A DNA stretch of 64,000 nucleotides, taken from NCBI GenBank assembly GCA_012295275.1, contig CM022665.1:45880001-45944000 (forward strand), in the 5' to 3' direction. Under the pieces are notes generated by a model. It saw only the letters and a list, made by a program, of their open reading frames with translations, searched no databases and had not been told where the DNA came from. Shown here in pieces: positions 62,171 to 64,000 of the stretch (positions are counted from its first letter, which is position 1; each line of letters begins with the position of its first letter). The position numbers and the translations under genes are program-made. The stretch comes from Chrysomallon squamiferum (lineage: Eukaryota; Animalia; Mollusca).

Positions 62171-63596
62171 TCAACCAATAGTCAACAAGGCGTGACGTCT
62201 TGCAGACGACGGCGCGTCTCTCGTCGCCGACGACGTTTCCACGAGTTCGCGAGACACGCCCACGGGGGCGTTGTCTTCCCCGGGGGACGTGTCTCCGCTT
62301 TCGTCGTCAGTGGACAGCGACCTGGCGTAGCTGAACAAGTACCTCGACTTCTTCGACATTTTGTGGTAGAAGTACAGATCCTCGAGGACCGCCGTCGCGC
62401 TGTCCGCGCACTCTCGCACGGAGATCTCGTAGAAACTCGTGCAGCCGAGCTCTTCCGATCGGAGCTTTCCGGCCTTACGCGTGACCATTCGGTCCTGAGC
62501 TCGGTCGTTCTGGTTTCCGACGAGAAACACGGGCGCTCTGGTTGCCAAATCCCCGGATGTGAGACTGGACTTTCGGTGATGCTTGCTGTAGCAGTTGATG
62601 AGGAATTTGATTCTGGAACATTCGTTGAAGCTGCACTGATCTGCGACGGAGTACATCAGAATGTAGGCGTCCGCCCATTTTATATTTTCTTCAAGTCTGG
62701 TGTAACCTTCCTGTACAGATTATTTAAAAGAAGGAGAATTTTTGTATATAGATAAATAAATACGTGTTATCGACAACGATGTTAATATCAAAATATAAAT
62801 ATAAATTAAGTAAATAAATAAATAACCCGTCTTATTAAAATACCTGAGTTACGTATACCCAGAGGCGTCAAACATGAGGGAGGGAGTTAGCAAGGCAATA
62901 CATGAAAATGCCAGTCAGTGGATGAATGTAAATAATTAAAATAACCTGTTATTTTTTATTATTATTTATTTTTATTTTTCTATTTTTATTTACAATAATT
63001 ATTTTTTATTATTATTATTATTATTAATTTTTTATCTTTTTTTTTCTTTATTATTATTATTATTAATTTTTGTGGGGAAAATGTTTATTTGTATCTGGTG
63101 AACTAACTTGGCAAATAATAATGTGTACGTTTAAATAATAAACTCGTGAACATTCAATTAATGTATTATCGTATTTATTCTCTTCGTATGTTCATATTAC
63201 TGTTTTTGTTGTTGTTATTATTATTAGATTATTGTTGTGTTCTGCAATTGTTGTCTACGAACTGACGCCATTATAAACGGAAGAAGAATATGTTTTTCAA
63301 AAATGTTAATAAAAATGTTAACAAGTCGTAACCAAAAACGGACTGATACAAATTATTGTTGTTGTTGGGGTTTTTTTAGCAATATTTGTCTACGAGCTGA
63401 CGTCACTAAAAAAAAAAAAAGAAGAACATGTTTTTTACAAGAGAGATATATGTATGTTAACAAGTCCTAGTCAAGCAAGGACTGATAAAAAGTTACTGAA
63501 ACTGTAAATTAAGAGTGTTCACCTTCTTAGCCGTGTCTAAAAGTTCAAATGTCACGTGATCTCCGTCCACGAGCTTGGAGCAGGAATAAACTTTCT
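62171..63596 (-). CDS. RERG/RASL-like small GTPase, paralog B (partial; first exons lie beyond the window)
   Basis: Exons 63596-63523 (74 nt, KVYSCSKLVDGDHVTFELLDTAKK) and 62710-62171 (IKWADAYILMYSVADQCSF, VFLVGNQND, FYEISVRE). Same intron positions and phases as paralog A. Confidence 0.88.
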
Positions 63597-64000
63597 CTGA
63601 AAGAAACAAAGACGTACTTACAGCAATGCTGACACGTTCACACTGCGTGCATTAATCACACTGACACACGAACAGACAGACATATGCCTTGAATGAAGGA
63701 AAGAAGAAAAGAAAAGAAAGAAAGGACGGACGAACGAATACAAAATGAACGAATGTTGCTTTAGGCATTTCTCGTCATATTTATATATTAATAATTATTG
63801 GCTGTCAAACATTTTATTGGCTTATTATTATTGTCAAATATATTTTTTATTTATTCATTTATTATATATTTTTTTTTTTCTTATTTTTATTTTGTGTTTT
63901 TTTTGTTTTTGTTTTGTTGTTATTTTTTCCCTACATCATAATGTATCTATTACTGTGGAACTGAAACCGCCATTCCATAATCTAATATTACCAGTTAGCA

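Noticed and set aside
62000-62755. 251-aa plus-strand ORF
   Set aside because: Antisense shadow of the GC-rich last exon of GTPase paralog B; no domain and a TTG start.
63600-63665. Candidate small exon with a GTAAGT donor upstream of the paralog B 74-nt exon
   Set aside because: The implied intron is only about 25 nt, and the sequence does not encode the expected VRFLTxRFIGxY segment.

Overview
AT-rich, microsatellite-dense animal genomic DNA. The NMDA-receptor C0 segment and the repeat content suggest a gastropod mollusc (inference). Seven protein-coding genes were reconstructed by hand from splice sites and reading-frame phase: WDR3/UTP12 (+, 25 coding exons, 4438-19017); an unnamed gene (-, 9 exons, 27214-21135) with an SCI1-like domain and a long disordered, Tyr/Pro-motif tail ending in ETTV; an intronless HAD-IIA phosphatase (PGP-like, +, 27492-28529) head-to-head with it; YJU2/CCDC94 (+, 29712-33270); NMDA receptor GluN1 (+, 36869-53955) with two alternative last exons; and two tandem RERG/RASL-like GTPases with non-canonical G-boxes (-, 59830-57134, and a partial gene at 63596-62171). 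Five single-base frameshifts in short homopolymers are most likely long-read consensus errors. The main unexplained patterns are: (i) many tandem duplications anchored at exon boundaries that create decoy splice sites, most clearly four in-phase 87-bp decoy acceptors before the GluN1 M3 gate exon; (ii) a CRE array, Rbfox/Nova motif clusters, a recursive-splice-like site and a pyrimidine-tract-free acceptor in GluN1; (iii) the SCI1-domain adaptor-like protein. No tRNA, rRNA or CRISPR feature was supportable.
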